Source: an uncultured candidate division Zixibacteria bacterium (GTDB lineage: Bacteria > Zixibacteria > MSB-5A5 > UBA10806). Taken from it: DNA of 64,000 bases. This document shows, one piece after another, positions 1-11,130 of this stretch. A program made the translations under genes and the position numbers. Positions within the stretch are counted from its first letter, which is position 1, and each line of letters starts with the position of its first letter. Location: the NCBI GenBank assembly GCA_963817915.1, contig CAWFQL010000012.1:320001-384000 (forward strand), written 5' to 3'. Under the pieces are notes generated by a model. That model saw only the letters and a program-made list of their open reading frames with translations, ran no database searches and was not told the DNA's origin.

Positions 1-159
1 GTTAAGCAATGTGGTCTTGCCCGAACCGGATGGCCCCATAAGGGCAAGAAATTCCCCTTCGGGGACTGATAAGTTAATATTCTGCAAAACCGGAATTTGA
101 AGGCTATCACGGCGATAGGTTTTGCTGGCAAGATCGACTTTAACGATCGGTTCAGTCAT
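1..159 (-). CDS. ABC transporter ATP-binding protein (MacB/LolD-like), N-terminal part, runs off the window
   Basis: Manual translation from ATG at 159: [53 protein letters not shown] with Walker [17 protein letters not shown] upstream; follows a MacA-like gene. Confidence 0.9.
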   Translation of the reverse strand, partial: MTEPIVKVDLASKTYRRDSLQIPVLQNINLSVPEGEFLALMGPSGSGKTTLLN

Positions 160-184
160 ATAAACTCCTTATATAGAATCTTCC

Positions 185-1381
185 TTAAAGGGATAAATTT
201 ACTTTATCCTTGGATTTTAGGTTTGAAGGCGGCGAAAGAATTACTTTTTGTCCGGCAACAATACCTCTCAGAATTTCAATCTGATCGCCTAATTGCCGTC
301 CAATAGTGATTTCAACCAATTCAGCATGATTTTCTGCCATGATAAATACGACTTTTCTGTCATTGCGCATGACAACCGCCGAACTTGGCACCATTACTGA
401 ATTTGATATCACCGGATCACTTTGGGTAGAGTCCGATTCCATAAAATTAACTCGGGCGCTCATTTCGGGCAATACCCTGCTATCTTTATCTGTAAAACCA
501 ATTTTTGTAACAACAGTTGCGCGAGATCGATCAGCGGTTGGCACAATTTTTTTCACGAAACCCTGATAACGATTATCAGGATAAGCATCGAGAATAATTT
601 CGCATTTTTGCCCAAGCAATACCCGCTGGATATTGGATTCAGCCACATCCGCCTCGACCTCAAGGGAATTCATGTCGGCTAATGATACGACTGATCCTTT
701 GGAGCTTGCAGATGACGACATCGGGGCTACTATTTCGCCGACATCCGCGTATTTATTTAATACGGTGCCGTCGAATGGCGCGCGAATGAACGTATTTTCC
801 AGATCTACTTCCGCCAATTTAACAGAAGCAATCGCGGATTTCACCTGTGCCAGCGATCCTTTATATCGTGCTTCGCTTATCTCGAAATCGGATTTTGTAA
901 CAGCGCCGCTGGCCGAAAGCTGTCTCTGCCGGTTATAGTTGATTGAAGCCTCGGTGCTATCGGCCCGAGCTTGCTCCAGCATCGCCTGGGCATTGTCCAA
1001 AGCGGCCTGCATGTCACCATTCTCAACGCGGGCAATTACTTGCCCAGTTTTAACCGCATCACCTTCTTCGACGCCAAGAAATTCAAGCCGCCCGGTAGCC
1101 TTGGAAGCCACCTGAGCTTTGCGTGATGCAACAACATAACCCGTGGCGCTCAAAACCGATTGCGCCTGGCTCTGATTTAGCGCGGTTGCCGTGGCAGTGC
1201 GGACTTCAAGTACGGGCGATAGCCCTTTTAGAATTATCCATCCTATTACAATGCACGCAATTGGGATTATGACCCAGAGTGCAAGTTTAATAATCTTGCC
1301 CGTATTTACCGGGTCATTGCTGGACTGTCGATTAATCCGAAGATTTGAAAGATCGAGATTGTCGCTTTTCTGTTCCATCAT
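185..1381 (-). CDS. Efflux periplasmic adaptor (MacA/HlyD family MFP)
   Basis: N-terminal TM, lipoyl/barrel motifs (VEEGDAVKTGQVIA, IRAPFDGTV, VEADVAESNI), upstream of the ABC ATPase. Confidence 0.9.
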   Translation of the reverse strand: MMEQKSDNLDLSNLRINRQSSNDPVNTGKIIKLALWVIIPIACIVIGWIILKGLSPVLEVRTATATALNQSQAQSVLSATGYVVASRKAQVASKATGRLEFLGVEEGDAVKTGQVIARVENGDMQAALDNAQAMLEQARADSTEASINYNRQRQLSASGAVTKSDFEISEARYKGSLAQVKSAIASVKLAEVDLENTFIRAPFDGTVLNKYADVGEIVAPMSSSASSKGSVVSLADMNSLEVEADVAESNIQRVLLGQKCEIILDAYPDNRYQGFVKKIVPTADRSRATVVTKIGFTDKDSRVLPEMSARVNFMESDSTQSDPVISNSVMVPSSAVVMRNDRKVVFIMAENHAELVEITIGRQLGDQIEILRGIVAGQKVILSPPSNLKSKDKVNLSL

Positions 1382-1393
1382 AATGTTGTAGTA

Positions 1394-1420
1394 TACATCG
1401 TTTTTCCGAAAATGGTTTCA
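1394..1420 (-). promoter_or_regulatory. Possible ECF-sigma promoter (TGAAAC-N17-TGTA)
   Basis: Minus strand TGAAAC cattttcggaaaaacga TGTA just upstream of the adaptor gene; resembles sigmaW-type consensus. Confidence 0.35.
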
Positions 1421-1421
1421 C

Positions 1422-3158
1422 TTATTTCTTAAATTTCCTTTTTAACGATATGGCTGTTGTTTTCCTGTAAATTTGCTTTTCGATGATGATCGATTTTTGA
1501 ATTTCTTTTTGTTTCGTCTTTTTCTCCACGAATATCTTATTTCCTGTGAATGGATCTTTTTCGGTATAGTACATTAATGCGGAGTATGTCGACGGTAGCG
1601 GAATAAATATCTGCACCTGTTCGGGATTTGTTTTCAATCGTTCCGATGTAAATGATTTCAGTTTTGTCATATCAAGTGCCGTGCATCCGGGATGCGCCGC
1701 TATCAGATAATATGTCAGAAATTGATTTTTGCCAGCTGTTTTCGAATATTTATAAAAAAGGTCATTGAATTTTAATAATGAATCATTTTTCGGTTTTCGC
1801 ATTAAGCGCAATATTTTTTCTTCAGTATGTTCCGGGGCTATTTTCATTTGGCCCGAGACATGATGTTCAGTCAGTTCCCTCAAATATTTTTCGCCGAAGT
1901 TTGAGTCATCAAGTACCATGTCATATCTGATTCCGGATGCGACAAATACTTTTTTGATTCCCGGGAGCTTTCTTATACTTTGTAAGAGCTGGATTTGCGG
2001 GTTATGATTGATATCTAATTTTGAGCAAACATCGGGGTACAGACATTGCTTATCCTTACAGGCCCCATATTTTGTTTTAATGTGGCATTCAAAACCGTAC
2101 ATGTTGGCAGTCGGTCCGCCAACATCAAGGATATACCCTTTGAAACCAGGCTTTTTTATGATTTTTTTTACTTCATCTATAATGGATTTTTGCGACCTCC
2201 AGACCACAGTTCGTCCCTGATGAACCGCGATCGAGCAAAAATTACATTCTCCATAACATCCTCGATGTGTGGTAATCGAGTTTTTGATCGTCTCCATAGC
2301 CTTGACCTGGCCCTGTTTTTTAAAGGCAGGGTGAACATCTCTTTCGAATTCCAAATAGTAAATTTCATCCAATTGAGTCATCGATATATTTGGGGTTGGC
2401 GGATTTTGGACAAGGTATCTGGTATCCTGCTTTTGGACCAGCCCCTTTGCGGTGATAGGGTCATTGTTTTGATAAAAGAGATCGAACATTTCAATGAACC
2501 GATTTTTGTCAATGGAGACTTGTTCAAAGGAGGGAAGCTCGATATACTCATCGGGCTTGACTGGCGAAATATAGCAGATACCTCGAAGATCATTGACAGG
2601 CAAATTGGATTTGAGCCGCTGTGCCAAATTTACAATTGACTCTTCGCCCATGCCGTAAATCAGGAAATCGGCTTTGGAATCGAACAAAATCGATTTGCGA
2701 ATTTTGTCCGACCAGTAATCGTAATGAGCAATACGCCTTAGACTGGCTTCAATCCCGCCGAGCACAATCGGTTTTGTGTTCTTGAAATATTTTCTAATCA
2801 GGTTGCTATAGGAGATTACCGCCCGATCAGGCCTGCGATTGTTGACTCCGCCGGGTGTCAGGTCATCATCATTGCGCCATTTCTTTGTCGCGGTATAGTT
2901 GGCCACCATTGAATCAATAGAACCGCCGGTTACCCCCCAAAACAACTTCGGCTCGCCGAATTTGCTGATATCGTCACGGGAGGCGCCATCTGGCTGGGCA
3001 ATAATCGCTACCTTAAAACCAGCATGAATTAGTATTTTTCCTATAATTGAAATCCCTATAAACGGGCTGTCAATATAGGCATCGCCTGTAATAAGGATAA
3101 CATCGGGCTTTTGCCATCCTAATTTATTAAGCTCTTCTTTTGTCGCCGGAATAAACAT
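1422..3158 (-). CDS. ygiQ: YgiQ family (UPF0313) radical SAM protein
   Basis: GDAYIDSP, GGIEASLRR, CYGECNFC (CxxxCxxC), GGPTANMY, SGIRYD, APEH motifs. Confidence 0.92.
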   Translation of the reverse strand: MFIPATKEELNKLGWQKPDVILITGDAYIDSPFIGISIIGKILIHAGFKVAIIAQPDGASRDDISKFGEPKLFWGVTGGSIDSMVANYTATKKWRNDDDLTPGGVNNRRPDRAVISYSNLIRKYFKNTKPIVLGGIEASLRRIAHYDYWSDKIRKSILFDSKADFLIYGMGEESIVNLAQRLKSNLPVNDLRGICYISPVKPDEYIELPSFEQVSIDKNRFIEMFDLFYQNNDPITAKGLVQKQDTRYLVQNPPTPNISMTQLDEIYYLEFERDVHPAFKKQGQVKAMETIKNSITTHRGCYGECNFCSIAVHQGRTVVWRSQKSIIDEVKKIIKKPGFKGYILDVGGPTANMYGFECHIKTKYGACKDKQCLYPDVCSKLDINHNPQIQLLQSIRKLPGIKKVFVASGIRYDMVLDDSNFGEKYLRELTEHHVSGQMKIAPEHTEEKILRLMRKPKNDSLLKFNDLFYKYSKTAGKNQFLTYYLIAAHPGCTALDMTKLKSFTSERLKTNPEQVQIFIPLPSTYSALMYYTEKDPFTGNKIFVEKKTKQKEIQKSIIIEKQIYRKTTAISLKRKFKK

Positions 3159-3379
3159 CTTTTAACTTACATACTCCAATAAAATACAATATCTACTTAA
3201 CTCCCTCATAGCTATGCGGAGTAATATAGCTAAAGGCGTCAGATATTACATAAGGAAATTGTCATTAATGATGAATAGTTCCCGCTGTTTCATAATGCAA
3301 CACCGGTTATCATTTTGTGATTCATATGCTTGCAAAATATCCGACATAATTACTAAGGCACTTTAACAAGGAGCGGATC

Positions 3380-4573
3380 ATGTTTGGAAGTTATAATGTT
3401 TTTAGCATTTTCAGTCAGATAAGAATTCGCAGCAATTATTTCATTAACGATAACTATTCTAATCCCGATACATCCAATTCACTTGCCGCTGCAAATACGC
3501 CTGCCGCTCCAGATAATTCTGTCGCGACAAATACTCAGCCCGCACCTGAAACCGCCCCAACAGATACAATTCAGCTTTCGAATACTAATCCTACTTTGCC
3601 TAAGACTACAACACCTGTTACCTATACGCCTACTCCCGAAGCAGTAAAATCCGCGACAACCGAACCCGTGCCCGCCGATAAAGATCAGCCCGTGGAAGAG
3701 CCCAAGCCCGAAAATCAGTTGGTTGACATGAAATCGATGGCCAAGATAAATCTCAAATTGTCATTTAATCTTAGCGATTTTCAAAGCCTGATCACCGCGG
3801 TCGCCGATGATGCCCAGGACGGTAAACTCGACGATATGTCATATACCAATTTGAATCTCGGTCTTCGCGCCAAACTCGACGCTAAGGCATCAATTAAAGA
3901 GACATATAAAGTCGCAGAGGGGCAAGAGGGTGTTGACGAATCTTCCACTGTAAAAGAAAAGACAAGATACAACAATCTCGAAGCTTCAATGGTAAAAAGC
4001 CGAGATTTTGAAGCCGCAACATTGTACCGCGAAAGCCTAAAGACAAGCTCCAAAATCAAGCAGACGTACCGCGATGGCTTCCTTCAAGTCGCCCGCAAAT
4101 TGAATATGCGATACAGCCAGGATTTCGGCCTTAATATGCGAACACTGAAGCAATTTAACGGTCAAGCGGAAGCCCTGGATCAGACCGGACAACTCCAGCC
4201 TTATCTCGGCACAACCGAAGCCCTTGTTGATTCTCCTCAGGCTTCAGGGGATTTGATAAATCAATTCTTCGATACCGTTGGGTCGTATCTTGATGGCGCT
4301 GAAGAAAAGCTTATTGAGAAGATTAACAGCTTTATCGATAGTCTGGCATCAGGGATGGGAGTCGATTCCAGCCTTCTGAATAGCGCTAAAGAATCAATGG
4401 TCTCCAGTATTACCAATTTCTTTGATAATGTCGACCAGGTGATCGGCGCCGTGAAGGCCAGCTATATTCCACTACAGCCTCAACCCGAAGTGATTGAACC
4501 TCCACAAAATACTGAACCGATTGCGACGACGCCTGAACTGGTTGGGACATCGGAAGCCGTGGCGACAGCATAA
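3380..4573 (+). CDS. Hypothetical protein with Pro/Thr/Ala-rich N-terminal region
   Basis: 397-aa ORF with SD AAGGAG; no signal peptide; helical C-terminal half. Confidence 0.8.
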   Translation: MFGSYNVFSIFSQIRIRSNYFINDNYSNPDTSNSLAAANTPAAPDNSVATNTQPAPETAPTDTIQLSNTNPTLPKTTTPVTYTPTPEAVKSATTEPVPADKDQPVEEPKPENQLVDMKSMAKINLKLSFNLSDFQSLITAVADDAQDGKLDDMSYTNLNLGLRAKLDAKASIKETYKVAEGQEGVDESSTVKEKTRYNNLEASMVKSRDFEAATLYRESLKTSSKIKQTYRDGFLQVARKLNMRYSQDFGLNMRTLKQFNGQAEALDQTGQLQPYLGTTEALVDSPQASGDLINQFFDTVGSYLDGAEEKLIEKINSFIDSLASGMGVDSSLLNSAKESMVSSITNFFDNVDQVIGAVKASYIPLQPQPEVIEPPQNTEPIATTPELVGTSEAVATA

Positions 4574-4634
4574 TACTTCGGCCATAGCTAAAATTAACTA
4601 TATCGTTTTGTATCTTAAATGCGGATATATTTTA

Positions 4635-5538
4635 TTATACCAATAATAGTATAGTGACGCCTAAAATTGCGATTAACGCTCCCAGGACAGCCCCTAGTGT
4701 AATTTTCTCCTTAAAAACCATATGCGCGATCGGAATTAGAAATATGGGTGTTAACGACATTAGCGTGGTCGCGATTCCGAGCTTGGAATATTTAATCGAT
4801 ATTAGCGACAGCCAAACCCCAGCGAAGGGCCCAAAGAACGCTCCAGCAGATAGCATCAACACTGCTTTTTTGTCGGTATAGCTTTTTAACGCCCCTTTAA
4901 GATTATTGCTGAAGATTGTAATCAATAAAATCAGCAACGCCGCGCATAATACCCTGATTACATTGCCGGATAATGCGCGGGAATCCACCTTCGAGTCCTT
5001 TCTTTGAAAGAGCCAGGCCTATTGTCTGGCCAAGCGCGCCCCCAAACGCAAATCCCAATCCCGCCGATAATCTCTTTTTATCTTTTGTATCCCCATTCTC
5101 TTTTCTTTTATCTGAGACTACCCATGCTATTCCTGCGATCGTAATAATTATGGCCGCGATTTCCAGGGACTTCAATGATTCACCGAGAAATATCCATCCC
5201 AAAAGCGCGCTCAAAATCGGAACCAGAGCCATTATCAGCATTGAAAGACGCGGCCCGATGAGCACGAACGCCTCGAACAACATGCCATCCCCCGCGACAA
5301 AGCCGATGATTCCTGAAAGTCCAAGCCATCCCCATTGTTGGGGCGATGCGTCCAACGGCAATAGATTCCCGTATATGAAAAAATGCGCGACGGTGAGAAG
5401 TATCAGGGCTACAATCAGACGCGCTCGATTGACATTGGCCGATCCAATGCGCGAGCCGCTCAACGTAAAAAATACCGATCCAAATGACCAGCAAAGAGCA
5501 GTCGTTAAGGCGGCTATCTCGCCATAAAAAGAGTTCAC
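4635..5538 (-). pseudogene. DMT/EamA family transporter split by a 1-nt insertion (probably assembly error)
   Basis: ORFs 4903-5538 and 4635-4988 join as ...LEGGFP/ALSGNVIRV... if one base near 4975-4981 is removed (903 nt, 301 codons); two EamA repeats. Confidence 0.85.
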
Positions 5539-5660
5539 TTTTGGCCTACAATTATTTTTCGAATTGCTGAACGAACTTGGCGCACTCTAATCATTCGCGC
5601 AAGATAGGCAAACGCCATAATATTGCCAAATTGAAAATACGAGCGAATAATCACTAACGA

Positions 5661-7332
5661 TTATTTAAACAGCGGTGGATGCTCCTTATGAAAATCTGTC
5701 GCATCCTGATATTTTTTTGCCACTGCCAGCACCATCGCCTCCTGATACAATCGCCCGATGAATGTAATACTGGTAGGATCTCCTGTCTTGTCGAAACCGG
5801 TGGGCAATACCACGCAAGGGTGGCCGCTGAGATTGGTCAATAGAAGATTATCTCCCTCGAACGACGGTGAAATATAGACATCGACAGTATTCATCAAGGA
5901 ATCCATCTTATCGATTAAAATTGTTCGGAGTCGATTCGCCTGGATATACTCTACCGCAGGAATAAATCGTGATGCCCGGAATACATTGGGCCAGGCGTCC
6001 TTTACTTGCCGAACCATCAAATCGTCACGTCCTGATCGTGTCAGTTCGTCAAAAGCCGCGCCGGCTTCAGCCGAAAGTATTATTTGCATCGGATTGATTG
6101 GGAGTTTTGGCAATTCAATTTCAATTAAATTCGCTCCCAACTCCCGCATTTTCGCCAACGCGGCGTTATTTTGTTCTTTAAACGAGGTATCTGATTCAAA
6201 ATCCTTTTTGAGATACCCGATTCTGATCGTCGAAAGATCGATATCAGGCTTGTAGTTGAATGACGCATTAACCAGGGTCTTGTCCAGACCATCGATGCCG
6301 CGAATAGCATCGAATACGATCGCGCAATCCTCTACAGTTCGGCATATCGGTCCGATTTTGTCCATCGACCAACTCAATGCCATCGCGCCCGTACGGCTGA
6401 CCCGACCGTAGGTAGGGCGAAGGCCTGTGTCGCCGCATCGAGTGGATGGTGAAACTATAGAACCCCAGGTCTCTGTACCTATAGCGAATGCCACCAGGCC
6501 AGCTGATACTGCCGCAGCCGGGCCCGCCGATGAACCGCTCGACCCTTCCTTGGGATTCCATGGATTCCGAGTGGTATCCATAGTCCAGACATCGCCCCAG
6601 GCGAGCTCACCAAGCGAAAGCTTGGCGACAAGAACAGCCCCAGCCTCATTAAGCTTTTTGAATACCGTTGCGTCCTGATCGATTATTTGGTCTTTATAAG
6701 GCGGCGAGCCCCAGGTTGTTTTGTATCCTTTGACTGCCAGAAGGTCCTTGACACCATATGGAATGCCATGAAGAGGCCCGCGATATCTACCGGATGCTAT
6801 CTCGCTATCAGCCTTAACCGCCTGCCTTAGTGCCAGGTCTTCTGTCAACGTTACTACGCAGTGGAGCTTTGGGTCATACTTTTTAAGACGGTCCAAAAAT
6901 AGTTTTGTTAGTTTGGTCGATGTAATCTTTTTTGTTCGAATTAACTCAGCGAGATCCCCAACAGAATAGTACGCCAATTCTTGTAGATTCTTTGGAAGAG
7001 TCACATTGCCCGGTTTGCTGTAAATGATTGGATGCTGAAGCGTATCGAGCTTCATGCCCAAGGGGAATAGGATTAAATTGTAGTGCGGGCGGAATCCAAT
7101 TTTCGATATTTACGGTTCTCAATTCTCGATATAATTTCAGCTGATCCGTTAGCCCATCGAGCATGGAATCTTTTTCGGAATTCGAGAAATCCAATCCGAT
7201 CAGCTTCTCAGCATTGCTGACATTCTCGATTTTAGCTTTAGCGCTATCCAGTTGGGCATTCGTCGCAATACTCAAAAAAAGAACGCAAAGAAAAGCCAAC
7301 ATTACTTTTCTAATAAGCTTCATTCTTGACAT
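5661..7332 (-). pseudogene. Secreted amidase-signature (GatA-like) amidase split by a 1-nt insertion
   Basis: Signal-peptide ORF 6946-7332 joins ORF 5661-7061 at the G-run 7062-7065 (FNPIP/LGMKL); motifs GPLHGIPYGVKD, GSSGSSAG, GTETWGSIVSPS. Confidence 0.87.
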
Positions 7333-7536
7333 GATTGTCCTCCTATGGAAATTCGAAATCTCTCAGGGCCGCAACTATTAATGTTCAATATCGCCATGCA
7401 AATTCCATGATGTTTAACCATTCGGCCATGATAATTAAAGATATATCGGCCAATCTGTTTCTGTCAATCAAATAGCTATCATAGTTAGGGGAATTCAGCA
7501 TTATACTATCATTTTAATGGAAATAAAAGGAACAAT

Positions 7537-7555
7537 GATAATGATAATCATAGTT
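7537..7555. promoter_or_regulatory. Fur-family box
   Basis: GATAATGATAATCATAGTT matches the Fur consensus GATAATGATAATCATTATC at 16 of 19 positions; lies between the divergent amidase and cupredoxin genes. Confidence 0.55.
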
Positions 7556-7662
7556 AAAATTGATGAAGGGTGGTTATTTGGAAATCTAAATTAATTTTAA
7601 CAGACTTGATTTTACGATGAATACGATAAACCGCAGCAAAATCAATCAAAAGGAGAAACGCT

Positions 7663-8289
7663 ATGAAAAAGCGCGAAAGGATGACCTGGATCGTTGCCAT
7701 TACCTCATGTCTCGTAATGTTTTTATCATCAATGGCATATTCATTCGAGTTCGAGGTGGAGATGGACAACTTTGTTTTTCTGCCCCATGGAACTAGAATT
7801 CATATCGGCGACATGATCACCTGGAGAAATCGGGATGTCGCGCAGCACAGCGCTACCAGCGATAGCGGTGTCTGGGATTCGGGGCTTCTTGCCAGGGGAC
7901 AGACATTCTCGTACACATTTACTACTTCTGGCGCTTATCCTTATCATTGCTCGCTGCATACTTCGATGAAAGACACGATTTTCGTAGCGACGCCTACGGG
8001 TGTCGATGAATCTAATCTAACGCCCGCTAAATTTGAGTTAGCTCAAAATTACCCCAACCCATTTAACGCCCAAACCACAATTCAATACAATGTGCCTATA
8101 GGGTCTCATGTCTCATTGGAAATCTATAATATCCTCGGACAAAATGTCGCGAGCCTCGTTGATGATTTTCGCTCAGCCGGCCGTTATCAGACAATCTGGA
8201 ACGCATCCAACGTCCCATCGGGGATATATTTCTATAGGATTCACGCCGGAGCTTTGACCGAGACGAAGAAAATGTCATTCCTAAAATAG
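7663..8289 (+). CDS. Cupredoxin (plastocyanin/amicyanin-like) domain protein with T9SS C-terminal sorting domain
   Basis: Signal peptide; type-1 Cu ligands QH...YHCSLHTSM; C-terminal LAQNYPNPFN...GIYFYRI...KKMSFLK. Confidence 0.88.
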   Translation: MKKRERMTWIVAITSCLVMFLSSMAYSFEFEVEMDNFVFLPHGTRIHIGDMITWRNRDVAQHSATSDSGVWDSGLLARGQTFSYTFTTSGAYPYHCSLHTSMKDTIFVATPTGVDESNLTPAKFELAQNYPNPFNAQTTIQYNVPIGSHVSLEIYNILGQNVASLVDDFRSAGRYQTIWNASNVPSGIYFYRIHAGALTETKKMSFLK

Positions 8290-8300
8290 CGAATGGTTTA

Positions 8301-8352
8301 CCTGCGGAGGGAAGTGTGATGAAATTCACGCTATTCCCTTCGCAGGCTTTTT
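8301..8352 (+). terminator. Intrinsic terminator-like hairpin
   Basis: CCTGCGGAGGGA...TCCCTTCGCAGG stem followed by CTTTTT. Confidence 0.6.
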
Positions 8353-8400
8353 ATCTATGTATTTTAAAGCGAAAAATACAGATGATTAAGGAGATTAATT

Positions 8401-11040
8401 ATGAATATTCATAAAAAGATTCCAATCTTGCTAATTATGATAATCGGGATATCTTTTCTTGTCTCGATATCAAGCACCGACGCCTTGCCGCTGCTTTTTG
8501 ACAGCACTTGGGTTGGTTACAATTTGGGAAATTACGACAATGCGCGCTATCCCTGGGATGCCGTTGTGGCCGATTTCAATGGTGATGGGTTTCCTGATGT
8601 GGCGGCCGTTCAGGAGATATTTACGTCGGGCTTTTCTCTTGTCCTGAATGATGGGCATGGCGGCTTTGGCCCCGCAATACATTACTCATCAATTTTGCCA
8701 TCTCTTGGAATTGCCGCTGCGGATTTTAACGGCGATGGATTCAAAGATGTCGCGGTGTCTAACACCGGGCAGAATTTTGAAGGCAATTCGATTTCTGTTT
8801 TTTTCAATGAGGGAAATGGCACCTTTGGAACAGGACATCGCTATACCACTGGTTTGGGTCCGGTCGGTCTGGCCACCGCCGATTTTGATAATGATGGTGA
8901 TATGGATTTGGCGGTCGCGGACTACGGCTTTATTGCCAATGGCGATTCAATTTCCCTGCTTCTCAATAATGGGAATGGAACATTCGCTACTCGGCATAAT
9001 TATCGAGTTGGAGTCGCTCCTTATAGAATGGCGGCCGCTGACATTAATTCAGATGGGTTCATCGACCTTGCCGTGGGCCGGGAACAGCAAAAGCTTTCAA
9101 TTCTTATCAATAACGGTACCGGGGGATTTAATCAGCCGACGATTTATAATGTCCTTCGAGGTGGAGGTGGGGATTTTTATCCAGATGTATGCGTAGCTGA
9201 TATGGACAATGACGGCGACCAGGATGTGCTTTATGTCAGCACGAGAACCTGGATCAATGATGACACAGGAGTAATTGCCCTTTTTCGAAATAATGGTAAC
9301 GGAACATTGGCGGCGGTTCAGTATATCCCGCTTATCTGGTTTACCGCTGGTCCTGTAGATGTCAATACCGGCGATTTGAATAACGATGGCTGGCTTGATA
9401 TTGTGGCTGCTCACCACGACGGAAGAGCCGGCGATGGCGTTGAGGTAGTCTTGAGCAATGGACATGGGGGGTTTCAGTCCGCTATTCGATACCCAGCCGG
9501 GCAGACAACATCAGCCGCTTTGGTGTCGGATGTCGATTCCGATGGTGATCTCGATATAATTTCGATAGATAATTATTCATTGGAAATGACAGTTCATTTC
9601 AATTCGGGAAATGGCCATTTCCCCATTCCACGATTATTCAATGTGGAACCGTATTCGACATTTCTCGATGCCGGTGATATCGATGGCGACGGCGACCTCG
9701 ATATAGTTACATCATCGAGCGGAGTTGCGGTCGGGACGCCTGTTTCCATATTAAAGAATCACGGAAACGGCGTCTTTGATCCGCATATCGCACTGTCGTT
9801 AGCCGGTGGCGGCGCCTGCGCCAAGTTGCGCGATCTCGATAGCGATGGAGATCTCGATTTGCTTGTAATGTCGCCTAACACGGCGCCTCCTTATGACTTT
9901 TTCACCGCCATGAATAATGGAAGCGGTACTTTCGGCTCGTTTACAAGATGGCCGGTAGGTGGATGCGGCTGGGGAGACATAGATGCAGTTGACCTCGACA
10001 ATGATGGCGACCTTGATGTAATTGTCACTGAATATGAAGCTTGCATCAATGATCCCAATTCAGGTCGTCGTGTTTATATCAGCTTGAACAATGGCAATGG
10101 CACTTTTGCCCCAGCATACTTTATTCCAACGAGCGGAAATCCGTACGCAATTACTATCGGTGACTACAACCATGACGGAATTATCGATGTCGTAACTGAC
10201 CACTATGGAAGCTATGGGGCCAATAACTGGATAGAAGTCCATCTCGGCAACGGGCATGGCGGATTTCTTTCCAATACTGTTTATGAAGTAGGGCAGGGGC
10301 CGTATGATATTGTTTCTGCGGACTTCAATAGAGACGGTAATCTTGATCTGGCAACAGGGAACGCGGGGGCAGGCGATATCGGGATAGAGACAATGTCGGT
10401 GCTGCTCGGCAATGGCAACGGTACATTTCGTCCCGCCGTGACTTATGATGGCTCATACTCGCCTGATCTTCTCGGCGTCACCGGGATCACTTCAGGCGAT
10501 ATAGATCATGACGGTGATATCGATCTTCTAGTCAGCAACACGGGGTCGAATGATCTTTCCGTGTACCTGAATGATGGCCTAGGTAATTTCAATTTCGCCA
10601 TGAGATACGGTGTTAATTCTGACGCGTTCTCTCCTCTTTATGCTGATTTTAACGGTGATGGCATCGGCGACGTAGCCTCGTTGGCTCTTCTTCCTCCGGA
10701 TGGTGGCGGGGGCGTGGTAGCTATCCTTCCGGGCCGGGCGACACCTACGAGCGTAGAAGATAATATTCCAATTCCACAACAATTTCTTTTATCTCAAAAT
10801 TACCCGAACCCATTTAACTCGTCCACGAATATCAAGTATCATTTACCCAAAGCGAGCCGTGTCGGTCTTGATATATACAATTTGCTCGGACAGCACATTA
10901 AGTCATTGGTTGACGATTATCAAAATGCCGGAAATCATGAAGTAAATTGGAACGCGTCAACTTCGGCCTCAGGTGTCTATTTTGTCAAGCTCTCCATTGA
11001 TAATCATAGTGAATCTCGGAAAATGCTGCTTTTAAAATAA
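8401..11040 (+). CDS. FG-GAP/VCBS repeat beta-propeller protein with T9SS sorting domain
   Basis: Many ADFNGDGxxD/DxDGDLD repeats; signal peptide; LSQNYPNPFN...RKMLLLK. Confidence 0.92.
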   Translation: MNIHKKIPILLIMIIGISFLVSISSTDALPLLFDSTWVGYNLGNYDNARYPWDAVVADFNGDGFPDVAAVQEIFTSGFSLVLNDGHGGFGPAIHYSSILPSLGIAAADFNGDGFKDVAVSNTGQNFEGNSISVFFNEGNGTFGTGHRYTTGLGPVGLATADFDNDGDMDLAVADYGFIANGDSISLLLNNGNGTFATRHNYRVGVAPYRMAAADINSDGFIDLAVGREQQKLSILINNGTGGFNQPTIYNVLRGGGGDFYPDVCVADMDNDGDQDVLYVSTRTWINDDTGVIALFRNNGNGTLAAVQYIPLIWFTAGPVDVNTGDLNNDGWLDIVAAHHDGRAGDGVEVVLSNGHGGFQSAIRYPAGQTTSAALVSDVDSDGDLDIISIDNYSLEMTVHFNSGNGHFPIPRLFNVEPYSTFLDAGDIDGDGDLDIVTSSSGVAVGTPVSILKNHGNGVFDPHIALSLAGGGACAKLRDLDSDGDLDLLVMSPNTAPPYDFFTAMNNGSGTFGSFTRWPVGGCGWGDIDAVDLDNDGDLDVIVTEYEACINDPNSGRRVYISLNNGNGTFAPAYFIPTSGNPYAITIGDYNHDGIIDVVTDHYGSYGANNWIEVHLGNGHGGFLSNTVYEVGQGPYDIVSADFNRDGNLDLATGNAGAGDIGIETMSVLLGNGNGTFRPAVTYDGSYSPDLLGVTGITSGDIDHDGDIDLLVSNTGSNDLSVYLNDGLGNFNFAMRYGVNSDAFSPLYADFNGDGIGDVASLALLPPDGGGGVVAILPGRATPTSVEDNIPIPQQFLLSQNYPNPFNSSTNIKYHLPKASRVGLDIYNLLGQHIKSLVDDYQNAGNHEVNWNASTSASGVYFVKLSIDNHSESRKMLLLK

Positions 11041-11130
11041 TATGATTTCATCAAATTAATGCAGGCTATCCTATGGAATCTGACAATTAGGATTTGACAA
11101 GAAAGCGCTTATTGAGCTAATAATATCGTC

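Noticed and set aside
7062..7065. Programmed +1 frameshift at CCC-C in the amidase
   Set aside because: The site is shift-prone in principle, but six other +1 insertions nearby share no motif; assembly error is the simpler explanation
8550..10690. Repeat array or CRISPR-like periodicity
   Set aside because: Degenerate protein-level FG-GAP repeats inside one ORF; no identical DNA repeats with spacers
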